A stretch of 64,000 bases of DNA from the NCBI GenBank assembly GCA_035275285.1, contig DATENA010000271.1, positions 53,354 to 117,353 on the forward strand, read 5' to 3'. The notes beneath the pieces were generated by a model. It was not told where the DNA came from and did no database searches. It worked only from the letters and a program-made list of their open reading frames with translations. Made by a program: the position numbers and the translations under genes. Origin of the DNA: Fibrobacteria bacterium (GTDB taxonomy: Bacteria; Fibrobacterota; Fibrobacteria; UBA11236). This document shows positions 27,642 through 36,505 of the stretch, piece after piece. Positions within the stretch are counted from its first letter, which is position 1. Each line of letters starts with the position of its first letter.

Positions 27642-29579
27642 ATGGCGCTGGAAAGACGGAAACTGCTGCTTGTCGAGGATGAGGCCTTGGTGGCCCTGGA
27701 TTTGAAAAGGCGCTTGGAGGGAATGGGGTTCGAAGTCGCCGGGCAGGCGACCACGGGAGAGGAAGCCATCCAAAAGGCCCTGGCGATCCAGCCTTCCCTG
27801 GTCCTGATGGACATCCGGTTGGGGGGCCTGGTGGACGGGATCGAGGCCACGGAAATCATCCGCCGGCGCCTGGACGTTCCCGTGGTCTATCTCACGGCCA
27901 ATTCGGATGAAGCCACCTTGCGCCGCGCGCGCATCACGGAGCCCCATGGATTCGTCCTCAAGCCCATCCGGGATCGGGAATTGCGCATCGCCATCGAGAT
28001 GGCCCTGTACCGGTTCAGGGCCGAGGCCGCCATGCGCGAGAGCCGGGAGTGGTTTTCCGCCATGCTCAGCACCGTCAGCGAAGCCGTCATCGCCAACGAT
28101 AAGGACGGCGCCGTGCGGCATATGAACCATGCGGCCGAGCGATTGACGGGGTGGAGGGAAGAGGAGGCCCGGGGCCGGCCGCTGACCGAGGTGGTCCGTT
28201 TCCTGGATGAGTCCGCGCGCGCGCCGGCCCAGGAATCGGCTTCCGGGACCAGGATCATGGACCGCACCGTGGTGACCGCCCGGGACGGGGCCGTCCGCGC
28301 CGTCGAAGAGCGCTTCGAAACCGTGCGCGGCCTGGCGGCGGACGTGGAAGGAGGCGTGTCGGCCTTCCGCGACGTGAGCGAACGCCGCAACCTGGAAAGG
28401 CAACTGGCCCAGAAGCACAAGATGGAAGCCATCGGCCGGCTGGCGGCCGGGGTGGCCCACGATTTCAACAACCTGCTCACGGCCATCATCGGATACAGCA
28501 ACCTGGCCTTGCTGAAAGCCGGCGAGCGGGACGCGACGCGCGAAGACCTCTCCCAGATCAAGGAAGCCGGGGAAAGGGCCGCGGAACTGACCCAGCAATT
28601 GCTGGCCTTCAGCCGGCGGCAGATGCTGACTCCCACCGTGGTGGATCTGGGCGTGATGACCCGCAACATGGAAAAGCTCCTGCGGCGGCTCATCGGCGAG
28701 GACGTGGAGATCCTCACCAGCGGCGACCAGCCGCTCTGGGCGGTGATGGCGGATCTGGGCCAGATGGAACAGGTGCTCGTGAACCTGGCCGTGAACGCCC
28801 GCGACGCCATGCCGCAAGGCGGCAAGCTGGTCGTGGACACGCGGAACTTCCGCCTCGACGCGAACGCCGTGCCGCCCCAGGAGGACATGACCCCCGGGGA
28901 CTACGTGGTGCTGGGCGTCGCGGATACGGGCAGCGGGATGGACGAATCCACCCGTTCCCATCTGTTCGAACCCTTCTTCACCACCAAGGCCCCCGGAAAG
29001 GGCGCGGGGCTGGGACTGGCCACCGTGTATGGGATCGTCAAGCAAAGCGACGGTTATCTCACCGTGCAGTCCGAGCCGGAGCGCGGGTCCGTGTTCAAAA
29101 TCTTCCTGCACGCCACCTTCGAACCTGCCCGCCAATCGGCAGGCCCCCGGCCCCAGGCTCCGGCGCCGCGCACGGAGGGCAACGAGACCATCCTGGTGGT
29201 GGAGGACGAAAAAGCCGTGCGCAACTTCCTGCGGGATTCCCTGGAACGCAGCGGATACCGGGTGCTGGAGGCGGGTTGCGGGCAGGAAGCCCTGGAAAAG
29301 GCCGCGGAGGCGGCTTCGCGGGGTGGAACGCTCCCGGGCAACGAGGGCGAGATCCGCCTGCTGCTGACCGACGTGGTGATGGCCGGCCTGAACGGGCAGG
29401 AATTGGCGGAGGAGGTGCTCGGCCTGCTCCCCGGAGTCAAGGTGCTCTACATCTCGGGGTATACGAACCAGGGCATCGTCAACCGGGGTTCCCAGGGCGG
29501 CGGGCCGGACTTCCTGCGCAAACCCTTCACGCCCATGGAACTGTCCCGCAAGGTGAGGAACGTCCTGGACGGGCAGTGA
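27642..29579 (+). CDS. Hybrid sensor histidine kinase (REC - PAS - HisKA - HATPase_c - REC)
   Basis: N-terminal receiver domain (LLLVEDEALVALDL ... LMDIRL), a PAS region, an H-box (AHDFNNLLTAIIGYS), ATPase G-boxes (GSGMD, GLGLA), and a C-terminal receiver (ILVVEDEKAVR ... LLLTDVVM). Confidence 0.88.
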   Translation: MALERRKLLLVEDEALVALDLKRRLEGMGFEVAGQATTGEEAIQKALAIQPSLVLMDIRLGGLVDGIEATEIIRRRLDVPVVYLTANSDEATLRRARITEPHGFVLKPIRDRELRIAIEMALYRFRAEAAMRESREWFSAMLSTVSEAVIANDKDGAVRHMNHAAERLTGWREEEARGRPLTEVVRFLDESARAPAQESASGTRIMDRTVVTARDGAVRAVEERFETVRGLAADVEGGVSAFRDVSERRNLERQLAQKHKMEAIGRLAAGVAHDFNNLLTAIIGYSNLALLKAGERDATREDLSQIKEAGERAAELTQQLLAFSRRQMLTPTVVDLGVMTRNMEKLLRRLIGEDVEILTSGDQPLWAVMADLGQMEQVLVNLAVNARDAMPQGGKLVVDTRNFRLDANAVPPQEDMTPGDYVVLGVADTGSGMDESTRSHLFEPFFTTKAPGKGAGLGLATVYGIVKQSDGYLTVQSEPERGSVFKIFLHATFEPARQSAGPRPQAPAPRTEGNETILVVEDEKAVRNFLRDSLERSGYRVLEAGCGQEALEKAAEAASRGGTLPGNEGEIRLLLTDVVMAGLNGQELAEEVLGLLPGVKVLYISGYTNQGIVNRGSQGGGPDFLRKPFTPMELSRKVRNVLDGQ

Positions 29580-29624
29580 GGCCGCCGCTTCACGCAAGCC
29601 CGATGCAGGAGGAGAGATGCGCAT

Positions 29625-31169
29625 TTGCTGAAGCGTGAGCAATGGATGGATCTGGCGCGGAAACTGGATTGGAACTTTTCCTATGTCGAGGAAAAGGATG
29701 TCTATCCGGAGGAAGCCGCGGGAACCCCCTGGCTCCCCCAGCAGGCCTGGGCCGCTTGGGACGAACCCTATCGCACCTCCTACTCGGAGTACGTGAGGGG
29801 CCAAGCCGCCAAGGAAGCCTCGGTCAAGGCGGTCCGGGAGGCCATCGGCAGGCCGGAAGACTTCGAGCGCCTGCCGCGCCCGTGGCTCAGCGCGCTCAAG
29901 CTCCATGGCGCCACCTTGCCCCTGGCGGAATTCGCGGCCGTGATCGGGAACCTCCGGGCCGGCCGCTTCGCGCGCGCTTCGGCATGGCGCACCACGGCGG
30001 CTTTCGGGGCCCTGGACGAATTCCGCCATACCCAGATCCCTTTGCTGCTCATGCACGGACTGGTGCCATGGGACCGGCAATTCGACTGGACGCACAGGTT
30101 CTTCCATACCGGCAACTGGGTCGCCGTGGCCGGCCGCCATCTCGCGGATGAGCTCCTGCTCTGTTCCAATCCCATCGAATTCGCGGTGGGCACCAACTTC
30201 GTCTTCGAAACCGGCTTCACCAACATGCAATTCATCGGCTTGGGCTCCCTGGCGCGCCGGACCGGGGACCGGATGTTCGAACAGATGGTGAACAGCATCC
30301 AGACCGATGAGGCTCGGCATGCCCAGATCGGCCGGCCGGTGCTGGAAATCCTGAGGAAGCATGATCCGGCGTATGCGCAGCGCCTGGTGGATAAATGGTT
30401 CTGGCGGAGCTGGCATTTCTTCGCCGTGGTCACCGGTTTCGCCATGGATTATCTGACGCCCCTGGAGCACCGGACCGCCTCCTTCAAGGAATTCATGGAA
30501 GAATGGGTGCTGGATCAGTTCCAGCGCTCCCTGGACGAGGCGGGCCTGCGGAAGCCCTGGTATTGGAACGAATTCCTCGCATCCCTCGATCATTACCATC
30601 ACATGGTCTATGCGAGCGCGTACACCTATCGCGCCACCGTCTGGTTCGACATGGCGGTACCCTCGCCGGCCGAGCGGGAATGGCTGGCGGAGAAATACCC
30701 CGCGTCCTGGAGCCAATACGCCCCCATCTGGGATCGCATCGATCAGCGCTGGAAGGAAAGCGGACCGGGGGTGGAATGGCATACCCACGGCGCGACCCCG
30801 GTGGGCTTCTGCGACCTCTGCCAGATGGTGCTGTGCGCGGGCAGCCCGATGGCCAATTCGGCCCGGGTGGTGGGGCACGGAGGCCGGAAATACATCTTCT
30901 GCTCCGATCCTTGCAAGTGGATCTTCGAGGCGGAGCCGGAAAGATACGCTTCCCACAAGGACGTGGTGAAGCGGATCCTCTCCGGCGAGGCCCCGGCCAA
31001 CCTGCTCGAACTCATCAAGCATTTCGGATTGACCGCCGACGAGTGGGGAAAGGACGCGTACCGGGGAGGGTACCCCTGGATGCGCGGGACCGCGGGAAGA
31101 AAGAACGGCGGGGATGGCGACGGGGAGGGACGCTTGAACGGACGTCCCCAGAAGGTCCGGAAGGACTGA
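29625..31169 (+). CDS. tmoA: Soluble diiron monooxygenase hydroxylase alpha subunit (toluene-4-monooxygenase TmoA / alkene monooxygenase-like)
   Basis: Diiron ligand motifs DEFRH and TDEARHAQ, plus FETGFTNMQFIGL. Collinear matches to TmoA include WNFSYV, WDEPYRTSY, MDYLTPLEHRTASFKEFMEEW, KPWYW and the C-terminal KYIFCSDPCKWIFEAEPERY. A TTG at 29625 preceded by AGGAGGA is the likely start; an ATG at 29646 is the alternative. Confidence 0.85.
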   Translation: MLKREQWMDLARKLDWNFSYVEEKDVYPEEAAGTPWLPQQAWAAWDEPYRTSYSEYVRGQAAKEASVKAVREAIGRPEDFERLPRPWLSALKLHGATLPLAEFAAVIGNLRAGRFARASAWRTTAAFGALDEFRHTQIPLLLMHGLVPWDRQFDWTHRFFHTGNWVAVAGRHLADELLLCSNPIEFAVGTNFVFETGFTNMQFIGLGSLARRTGDRMFEQMVNSIQTDEARHAQIGRPVLEILRKHDPAYAQRLVDKWFWRSWHFFAVVTGFAMDYLTPLEHRTASFKEFMEEWVLDQFQRSLDEAGLRKPWYWNEFLASLDHYHHMVYASAYTYRATVWFDMAVPSPAEREWLAEKYPASWSQYAPIWDRIDQRWKESGPGVEWHTHGATPVGFCDLCQMVLCAGSPMANSARVVGHGGRKYIFCSDPCKWIFEAEPERYASHKDVVKRILSGEAPANLLELIKHFGLTADEWGKDAYRGGYPWMRGTAGRKNGGDGDGEGRLNGRPQKVRKD

Positions 31170-31180
31170 AGGACCGGGAG

Positions 31181-31435
31181 ATGCTGGTCCCCCTGTACGG
31201 ATTCATGCGCGGCGACTGCCTGGGACTGATCGTCCTGGTGCACGATACGGATCCGGTGGCCCACATCGCCGAGACCCTGGCCCAGGCCGCGGGCATGCGG
31301 GTGGTCCCGCGGCCGGGAGGCTCCGTGTACGCGGACGGCAAGCGCTTGGATCCGGGGCTCAGCGTGGCCCAGGCGGGACTGACCGCCTTGGACCGGGTGG
31401 ACGTGATCCCGGAGGAGCACGTGTGGCCTGGATGA
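31181..31435 (+). CDS. tmoB: Monooxygenase small subunit, TmoB-like (gamma)
   Basis: 84 aa. IVLVHDTDPVAHIAETLAQAAGMRVVPRPG ... GLTALDRVDVIPEE aligns with the TmoB pattern (VVVDLNDSMDQVAEKVAYHCVNRRVAPREG ... GLNPTEVIDVVFEE). Confidence 0.7.
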   Translation: MLVPLYGFMRGDCLGLIVLVHDTDPVAHIAETLAQAAGMRVVPRPGGSVYADGKRLDPGLSVAQAGLTALDRVDVIPEEHVWPG

Positions 31436-31752
31436 AAGCCGAAGGCATGGGGGATCTGTGGGACGGGGAAATGCGTCCGTGCCTGGTGCTGGGCATGCGC
31501 GTGCTGGTCCTGAAACAGGATGGGGTCGTCCATGCCTATGCGGACGCCTGCGCGCACCTGAAGGTCCCCCTCAGCGAAGGCCGCTTCGAAGGCGGCGTCC
31601 TCACGTGCCGCGCCCACGAATTCCGGTACGATGCCGCCACGGGCGCGGGACTGAACCCCAGGACGGCCAGGCTGGAACCCTATGCGGCGAAACTGGAAGG
31701 AGGCCAGGTGTGGATAGACCTGACCCTGGGAACGCCTCCGGCGCCTCCGTGA
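31432..31752 (+). CDS. tmoC: Rieske [2Fe-2S] ferredoxin component, TmoC-like
   Basis: Rieske CxH...CxxH motifs (CAHLKVPL and CRAHEFRYD). About 106 aa. ATGA overlap with the tmoB stop. Confidence 0.8.
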   Translation: MKAEGMGDLWDGEMRPCLVLGMRVLVLKQDGVVHAYADACAHLKVPLSEGRFEGGVLTCRAHEFRYDAATGAGLNPRTARLEPYAAKLEGGQVWIDLTLGTPPAPP

Positions 31753-32045
31753 CGGCCAAGGAAGGAAGCGGCGCGATCCGGGGACCGGGCCCGGTGCTGA
31801 TCGCCGGGGAAGCCTCCCAGGCGGTGCTGGAGGCGATGAAATCCCTCAACCGCAACCTCTCCGTGCTGGATAGGGGCTCCTATTGGCGCGTATCCTCCGC
31901 TTCCGGCTGCCGGCTCACGCGCGCGGCCGTCGAAAAGCGGCTCGGGAAACCGTTCCTCATGCCGGGCGATCTGGAAGCGCTGATGCCGTCCTTCTCGGGA
32001 CGTTTCCGCGTCACCGAAGAAGAGGCCCGGTGGGAGGAGGGATGA
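31749..32045 (+). CDS. tmoD: Monooxygenase effector/coupling protein, TmoD/MmoB family
   Basis: 98 aa. LTRAAVEKRLGKPFLMPGDLEALMPSFSGRF aligns with the TmoD [30 protein letters not shown]. The GTG start overlaps the tmoC stop in a GTGA. Confidence 0.7.
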   Translation: MTAKEGSGAIRGPGPVLIAGEASQAVLEAMKSLNRNLSVLDRGSYWRVSSASGCRLTRAAVEKRLGKPFLMPGDLEALMPSFSGRFRVTEEEARWEEG

Positions 32046-33019
32046 CGCCGCGCCGGACCTGGTGGAACCTGGAGAGTTCCGCGCGCAAGCCTTCGGACTA
32101 CGAGATCGCCTCCACGGATCTGCTGTACTATCCCAAGCTCGGCTTCGAAGTCAGGACCCCGCTGGAGGAGTGGCACCGCAAATTCCAAGCGGGGTCGCCC
32201 CTGGCTTGCGCCGATTGGGATCGCTTCCGCGATCCCGCCGAGCTGACCTATTCGCGTTACGTAGAAGCGCGCCGGGACAAGGAAATCTACGTGGACGGCC
32301 TCTTCAACGCCGCCGAGGCGACCGGTCACGATCATAAGCTGTCCGGAGAATGGCTGCAGCTGATGGATCGCCTCCTCTGCCCGTTGCGATACCCCTGGCA
32401 CGGGCTGCAGATGGCCTCCTCCTATCTCGGCAGCATGGCCCCGGGCGGGCGCATCGCCATCTGCTTCCTGCTGCAGACCGGCGACGAGATCCGCCGGATC
32501 CAGCGCATCGCCTACCGCATGCGGATGCTGATGGAAACGCGGCCGGGCCTGGGCGCGGAAAGCCGGTATTGCTGGGAATGGGAACCGGCATGGCAACCCC
32601 TGCGGCGCGCCATCGAGCGCCTCCTGGTGACCTACGACTGGGGGGAAGCGTTCGTGGCGCTGAACCTTTCCCTGAAGCCGGCGCTGGACGAAATGTTCCT
32701 GATCCATTTCGCCAGGGCCGCGGCCCGTTCCGGGGACGAGGTGCTGGGAAAGCTGTTCCTCTCCTTCCACGAAGATTCCCGCTGGCAAAGGGAGTGGAGC
32801 GCGGCCCTGGTGCGGATGCTGGTGGCCGGATCCCCCGAGAACGCGAAGTCGCTCCGGGAATGGATCGCCCGCTGGCATCCCATCGCCGAAACGGCCGCCC
32901 TGGCCTTCGCGCCCGCCCTGTGCGCCCCGGGACAGGACGCGGATTTCATCCGCGACGGGATCCGGGGCGCCTTGGGCGTGGCCGGCATGATGCCCAGGGA
33001 GGCGGTCCATGCGGCCTGA
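32042..33019 (+). CDS. tmoE: Monooxygenase hydroxylase beta subunit, TmoE-like
   Basis: 325 aa, all-helical, of typical beta-subunit size and in the position after the effector. The ATG at 32042 overlaps the tmoD stop in an ATGA. It lacks the full diiron ligand set, as expected for a beta subunit. Confidence 0.65.
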   Translation: MTPRRTWWNLESSARKPSDYEIASTDLLYYPKLGFEVRTPLEEWHRKFQAGSPLACADWDRFRDPAELTYSRYVEARRDKEIYVDGLFNAAEATGHDHKLSGEWLQLMDRLLCPLRYPWHGLQMASSYLGSMAPGGRIAICFLLQTGDEIRRIQRIAYRMRMLMETRPGLGAESRYCWEWEPAWQPLRRAIERLLVTYDWGEAFVALNLSLKPALDEMFLIHFARAAARSGDEVLGKLFLSFHEDSRWQREWSAALVRMLVAGSPENAKSLREWIARWHPIAETAALAFAPALCAPGQDADFIRDGIRGALGVAGMMPREAVHAA

Positions 33020-34730
33020 GGCGGGCATTCCGGAAAGCTCGGAAAGCGAGGCGCGCTTCCGCACCATGGCGGACTGCGCCCCCGTGCTCATTTGGATGGC
33101 CGGCGTGGACGCGGAATGCGTCTTCTTCAACCGGGGTTGGCTGGAGTTCACGGGCAGGCCCCTGGAGGCGGAACTGGGCGTGGGATGGGCGGAAGGCGTC
33201 CATTTCGAGGACTTCCAGAATTGCATGCAGGCGTACCTGGGCTCTTTCTCGGCCCGCAAACCCTTCCGCATGGAATACCGCATGCGGCGCGCGGACGGCC
33301 GGTTCCGCTGGGTGCTGGATACGGGCGTGCCCCGGTTCGAAACCGGCGGGATCTTCGCGGGATTCATCGGCTCCTGCATCGACATCACGGACATCCGCGA
33401 GGCCAACGAGGCCCTGTCGCGCAACGCCGGCCAGTTGGAGATACGGGTGCAGGACCGCAACCGCGAGCTGGAGGCCTCGAACCGGGAGTTGGAACGGTTC
33501 AACCGGTTGATGGTGAACCGGGAGCTGAAGATGATCGAGCTCAAGAAACAGGTGAACGCCCTGTCCGCGGAACTGGGACGCGCGGAGCCTTACGGGATCC
33601 CGGCGGACAAGGTTCCGGGCGGCGCGGTCCCGGAAGGGAACGCCCCGGAAGGAAAGGACGCGGCGGAAGAACTGGCCGCGCAAAGGGCCGCGGCCTTGAA
33701 CCTGGCGGGAGACGCCGAAGCCGCGCGCCAGAAAGCCGAGAAGGCCCAGGCCCAGTTCCGGGCCCTGCTGGAGGCCGCCCCGGACGCCATGGTGGTGGCG
33801 GATCGACGGGGGGATATCGTGCTCATCAACGGGCAGACCCGCCGCCTGTTCGGCTTCGAGCGGGAGGAATTGCTGGGCCGATCCGTGGAGCTGCTCATGC
33901 CGGAAAAGCCGCAAGGGGAGGGGAGGCAAGGCGGCCTTTTCAACCAGGCCAGGCTCAAGGAGATGGGAAGCGGCTACGAGGTGACCGCCCTCCGCAAGGA
34001 TGGGGGAGGCTTTCCCGCGGAAGTGTCCCTGAGCCCCATGGAGTCCGAGGACGGCATCCTCGTCATCGCCGCCATCCGGGACATGACGGAGCGCAAGAGC
34101 GCGGAGGAATCCATCCGCAAGTCCCTGCTCGAAAAGGAAGCGCTGCTCAAGGAGATCCACCACCGCGTCAAGAACAACCTGCAGATCATCTCCAGCCTGC
34201 TGCGCTTGCAGGCCGAACGCATCGTGGATAAAAGGGACCTGGCCATGCTCCGCGAGAGCGAGGAACGGGTGAATTCCATGTCCCTGATCCATGAAATGCT
34301 CTACCAGAGCAAGGACCTGGCGCGCGTGAATTTCGGGGGCTACGTCCGCAATCTCACCGCGGAGCTGCTCCAGACCTACGCCACCGGTTCGGCCCGCATC
34401 GATCTGGACCTGCAGGTGGAAACCCTGGAACTGGACATCAACCGGGCCATCCCCTTGGGCCTTATCATCAATGAACTGGTTTCCAACGCGCTCAAGTACG
34501 CTTTTCCCGGGACCCGCTCCGGCACCCTTTCCGTCCGGCTCGCCTCCGCCTCGGGGGAATTGACGCTGGAAGTCCGCGACGATGGCATCGGGCTGCCCCC
34601 GGATTTCCAGGAGCGCCGCAAGTCCTCCCTGGGCCTGCAGATAGTCGAATCCTTGTGCCGGCAAGTGGGCGGGCGGCATGCGTTCGAGGGGGAGAAAGGC
34701 ACGCGCTTCCGGATGAGCGCCCCGATCTGA
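33009..34730 (+). CDS. Cytoplasmic PAS-PAS sensor histidine kinase, HisKA_2/HWE-type
   Basis: Two PAS-like regions (LIWMAGVDAECVFFNRGW..., MVVADRRGDIVLINGQTRRLFGF), then an H-box IHHRVKNNLQIISSLLRLQ and an ATP-binding domain. No receiver or TM segment. Its start overlaps the tmoE 3' end by 11 nt. Confidence 0.85.
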   Translation: MRPEAGIPESSESEARFRTMADCAPVLIWMAGVDAECVFFNRGWLEFTGRPLEAELGVGWAEGVHFEDFQNCMQAYLGSFSARKPFRMEYRMRRADGRFRWVLDTGVPRFETGGIFAGFIGSCIDITDIREANEALSRNAGQLEIRVQDRNRELEASNRELERFNRLMVNRELKMIELKKQVNALSAELGRAEPYGIPADKVPGGAVPEGNAPEGKDAAEELAAQRAAALNLAGDAEAARQKAEKAQAQFRALLEAAPDAMVVADRRGDIVLINGQTRRLFGFEREELLGRSVELLMPEKPQGEGRQGGLFNQARLKEMGSGYEVTALRKDGGGFPAEVSLSPMESEDGILVIAAIRDMTERKSAEESIRKSLLEKEALLKEIHHRVKNNLQIISSLLRLQAERIVDKRDLAMLRESEERVNSMSLIHEMLYQSKDLARVNFGGYVRNLTAELLQTYATGSARIDLDLQVETLELDINRAIPLGLIINELVSNALKYAFPGTRSGTLSVRLASASGELTLEVRDDGIGLPPDFQERRKSSLGLQIVESLCRQVGGRHAFEGEKGTRFRMSAPI

Positions 34731-34744
34731 AGGCGGGAGCGCGC

Positions 34745-35296
34745 TCAGCGCGGAACGACGATGCCGGTGCGGGCGGTGAATTCTTCCAAGGTGATCAACG
34801 CCTCGCCCTTGTCCAGGCGCTCGGGATAGAGGATCCCTTCCAGGTGATCGAACTCGTGCTGGAACAGGCGCGCCGGGAATCCGCTGAACCGTTCCGTGCG
34901 CGCGAGCCCCCGGCGATCGGTGAAGGCCACGTCGATTTCGAAATGCCTGGGGACCCGGGCCCGGAACCCGGGGACGCTGAGGCAGCCTTCCCAGCCGGTC
35001 TCCTTCTCCTCCGAGACGCGCAGGATCTCCGGATTGACGATGGCGGTGGGTTCCATGAGAGGCGCGTCCGGATAACGCGGGTTCGGTTGCGGCGCCATGA
35101 TGAAAAGGCGGAGGGACTTTCCCACCTGGGGCGCGGCGATGCCGACGCCGAGGTTTTCCCGCCCGCAGCGGATCAACTCGTCGATGAATGCCTGGAAGTC
35201 CGGATCGGCGACGTCCAGGATGCGCCCGGCCTTGAAGGTCAGGCGTTCGTCCCCGCGGTCCAGCAGGGAAAGGGTCTTGATCGGTTCCACTCCCAT
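34745..35296 (-). CDS. def: Peptide deformylase
   Basis: All three Def motifs are present: GIAAPQVG, EGCLSVPG and HEFDHLEG. Confidence 0.92.
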   Translation of the reverse strand: MGVEPIKTLSLLDRGDERLTFKAGRILDVADPDFQAFIDELIRCGRENLGVGIAAPQVGKSLRLFIMAPQPNPRYPDAPLMEPTAIVNPEILRVSEEKETGWEGCLSVPGFRARVPRHFEIDVAFTDRRGLARTERFSGFPARLFQHEFDHLEGILYPERLDKGEALITLEEFTARTGIVVPR

Positions 35297-35369
35297 AATA
35301 TAAACAGTATAAACAGGCGCGCGCCGGCCCGGCAGCCCCGGGGTCCGCGCGGACCCCGTCGCGAGGGGC

Positions 35370-36407
35370 TCAATCCGGGGGAGGGACGGGCTTTACGCCC
35401 AGGCCGGGCAGGAAATTGGGTTGGATGCGGCCTTGCTCCAGGCTCAGGCCTTCGAAGGGATCGTCCCGCAGCAGCCAGCTTCCGTCCAGGTCCGCGTATT
35501 CGGCGTCCTGGGCCACCACGGCCCCGGCGGAAATGAGCAGGCTGCTTTCGAGCATGCAACCCACCATGATCTTGAGGCCCAGGCGCTTGCCTTCGCGCAG
35601 CATGGCCAGGCCCGGGGTGATGCCGCCGCATTTGACCAGCTTGATGTTGAACCCGCTGAACCGCCCCGGCAGCCGGGCGACGTCTTCCGGACCGGCGCAG
35701 CTTTCATCCGCGAAGATGGGCAGGCGCGAATCGCGCAGGATGGATTCCATGCGGGCGTCCTCCGCGGGCAAGAGCGGTTGTTCGATGAATTCCACGCCCA
35801 GGGATTCCAGCCGGGCGCTGATGGCGGCGATGTCCAATCCGGACCAGGCCCCGTTCGCATCCACCCGCAGCGCGGCTTGCGACCTTTGGCGGATGGCCCG
35901 GAGCAGTTCCGTATCGACGCCGGCGTCGAGCTTGACCTTGATCGCCGGGAACCCGGCCGCTTCCTCGATCCGCCCGGGCCACTCCTCGCGCGGGCAGATG
36001 CCCAAGGTGGCCGAGGTGGCGACCGCATGGGCCGGCCGGCCCATGGCCGCTTCCGCAGCGCTCTTGCCGATCGATTTGGAGTGGAGATCCCAAAGCGCCA
36101 CGTCCACGGCGCATTGGCAGGCCCGGGAAGGCGCCACGCGCTCCCAGATCTCGTTCCAGATGCGGCCTATGTCCTCGGGCCCCTCCAGGGTCTGCCTGCG
36201 GAAATAATCGTTGAGCCCTGCCAGGCGCATGTCGACGTCGCAGGCTTCCTCCCCGAAGAAGGCGTTGGGGGACGCTTCGCCGTACCCGAGCACGCCGTTC
36301 TGTTCCAGCACCAGGAACACGTTGTCGACCCGTGGGCGGCTGGCGCGGGAAATCCGGAACACGTGCCTGGGATGGAGAGCTTTGCCGACGTGATAGATGC
36401 GTATCAT
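35370..36407 (-). CDS. Enolase-superfamily enzyme, L-Ala-D/L-Glu epimerase (YcjG-like) or MR/MLE-type
   Basis: 345 aa with MR/MLE catalytic residue spacing (KVKLD, DANGAW, FIEQP, DES, KLVKCGG). It sits divergent to an MpaA-like amidase, the same pairing as E. coli ycjG/mpaA. Confidence 0.7.
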   Translation of the reverse strand: MIRIYHVGKALHPRHVFRISRASRPRVDNVFLVLEQNGVLGYGEASPNAFFGEEACDVDMRLAGLNDYFRRQTLEGPEDIGRIWNEIWERVAPSRACQCAVDVALWDLHSKSIGKSAAEAAMGRPAHAVATSATLGICPREEWPGRIEEAAGFPAIKVKLDAGVDTELLRAIRQRSQAALRVDANGAWSGLDIAAISARLESLGVEFIEQPLLPAEDARMESILRDSRLPIFADESCAGPEDVARLPGRFSGFNIKLVKCGGITPGLAMLREGKRLGLKIMVGCMLESSLLISAGAVVAQDAEYADLDGSWLLRDDPFEGLSLEQGRIQPNFLPGLGVKPVPPPD

Positions 36408-36505
36408 GGGTGCACTGGATCGACAGCTTGAATATACATCGAAATCCCTTTATCGCGATATGCGCTTTTTTATGATATTATGGACCGGGGAAGACACGAG
36501 AAGCC

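Noticed and set aside
24731-31022. Very long minus-strand ORFs (871 aa and 1140 aa) antisense to the GGDEF, kinase and monooxygenase genes
   Set aside because: The plus-strand genes have clear domain content. The antisense frames are Arg/Gly/Pro-rich with no motifs.
33019-34730. Missing monooxygenase reductase hidden downstream of tmoE
   Set aside because: The downstream protein has PAS and HisKA_2/HATPase motifs only. There are no ferredoxin-NAD(P) reductase motifs, no FAD or NAD binding, and no plant-type 2Fe-2S Cys pattern.
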